Shown: positions 62,932-64,000 of the stretch, in pieces | How positions within the stretch are numbered: the first letter of the stretch is position 1 | How the letters are laid out: the number at the start of each line of letters is the position of its first letter | DNA from: Blastocystis sp. Blastoise | Lineage: Eukaryota; Protista; Bigyra: Opalinata | DNA: 64,000 nt | Assembly: GCA_039096225.1 (NCBI GenBank) | Contig: JBBPEB010000032.1 | Location: 372,001-436,000 of the forward strand | Direction: 5' to 3' | The notes under the pieces: model-generated | The model's input: only the letters and a program-made list of their open reading frames with translations | What the model was told of the DNA's origin: nothing | The model's database searches: none | Translations under genes and position numbers: made by a program

Positions 62932-64000
62932 AAAAAAGTAATGCAACCAATTTAGATATAATAATAAAAAAAAATAAAACAATAATAATAATAATAATAA
63001 TAAACATTATAATAATAATGCTATATACCCTTCAATGTTGAGTCTCCAAATACAGATATTAAATGATAAAGAGCTTCTATATATCTCCATGTATATTTCG
63101 AGTGATCCCCGCGGGGATCAGCAAGATTTTGTTGAAGTTGTTCTAAGAGTAATGTAACATAGCTACCTACTTTTGTAGGATTATTCTTTAATATAGTTTG
63201 TGCCAATTTATAAACTTTTGTTTGATAATCATATATATCAATGTTAAGAGATAAATCTTCAGATAAATCAAAATTTTCAGGGAACCTATATATATATATA
63301 ATATTATGTAGATTCTAATTGAATCAATAATAATTTAAATAAATAAAATAAAATAAAATAAAATAAAATAAAATAAAATAAAATAAAATAAAATAAAATA
63401 AAATAAAATAAAATAAAATAAAATAAAATAAAATAAAATAAAATAAAATAAAATAAAATAAATAATATATATATACATCATTTGTTGAATAATCGAGTCC
63501 ATGACAGAAGGGAGAAGAGATAGAGAAGGGAAGAGAGAGAGGAAATAAGGTTGTTCAATATGACTGCAATAATCGTGGAAATGAAGGAAAATTAATAAAG
63601 AACGAGTAGAATAGATTTAAAATAGAATAAAAATAGAATAGTATAAATATGAAAGGATATAATTAATATTTCAAGAACAGGGTATACACAGGGTGAGGGA
63701 TAAAATGTGACTTTCCCAAGGAAATCGAGAGATATAGAGAAATAAATAGAAAGAAGAGATGCAAGACGATTATCAGCCTGTATAATAAATGGAATAATAA
63801 ATATAATGATAAAATAATATTAATAAAAAAATAATAATGATAATAAGTAGAAAATAAAAATAATAAATAGAATAATAAAACATAATAATAAATAGCTATA
63901 TATAATATATACATCATTCTTAATAAATACATGAAATTGAGCCAGTTCATATCCAATAATATTAATCAGTTCCGCTAGAATAACAAGGAAGTCCATATCA
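60700..64000 (-). CDS. XPOT: Exportin-T/Los1 (5' part outside the window; 3' end below ~61250 uncertain)
   Basis: DMDFLVILAELINIIG, IIQQMMFPENFD, TWRYIEALYHLI, HVFVISILEETIYRY and GLQCQEKGLMKRSGYLLNKYI line up in order with conserved exportin-T blocks recalled from the human protein. Confidence 0.75.
63341..63462. repeat. (AAAAT)n pentanucleotide repeat in an XPOT intron
   Basis: Perfect tandem pentamer run. Confidence 0.9.
63575..63660 (-). other. U12-type AT-AC intron in exportin-T
   Basis: On the minus strand: 5' ATATCCTTT ... TTTATTAATTTTCCTTCATTTCCAC 3'. Phase-0 join gives VLEILI|DYCSHIEQ. Confidence 0.85.

Overview
Very AT-rich, intron-rich eukaryotic nuclear DNA. Introns are filled with (TA)n and (TAA)n microsatellites, so most of the six-frame ORF track is artefact; I spliced the genes by hand. 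The gene content (F5/8C plus He_PIG surface protein, BTB-TLDc protein, bacterial-type GH78) suggests a Blastocystis-like gut stramenopile; this is inference. About 17 protein genes: RPT5, a ~1,600-aa modular type-I surface protein, NLE1, an apparent Sas10/Lcp5 chimera, a La-motif+2xRRM protein, PDI and TMX-like thioredoxins, a VPS9-like protein, a DUF1648/DUF5808 membrane protein, an intronless GH78 alpha-L-rhamnosidase, an orphan, a FYVE protein, RPL34, an SLC25A32-like carrier, IMPACT, BTB-TLDc, a membrane protein ending in a La motif, and exportin-T. Most notable: (1) a signal peptide/TPR-like/TM protein with a cytosolic C-terminal La RNA-binding motif; (2) one gene combining Sas10 and Lcp5/neuroguidin signatures; (3) two U12-type AT-AC introns supported by reading frame; (4) introns that are pure GT(AT)nAG; (5) two adjacent bacterial-type genes, one with six introns and one with none; (6) a spliced locus with no ORF, built of duplicated exon-intron units. 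All domain calls come from recognising motifs by eye, not from database searches.
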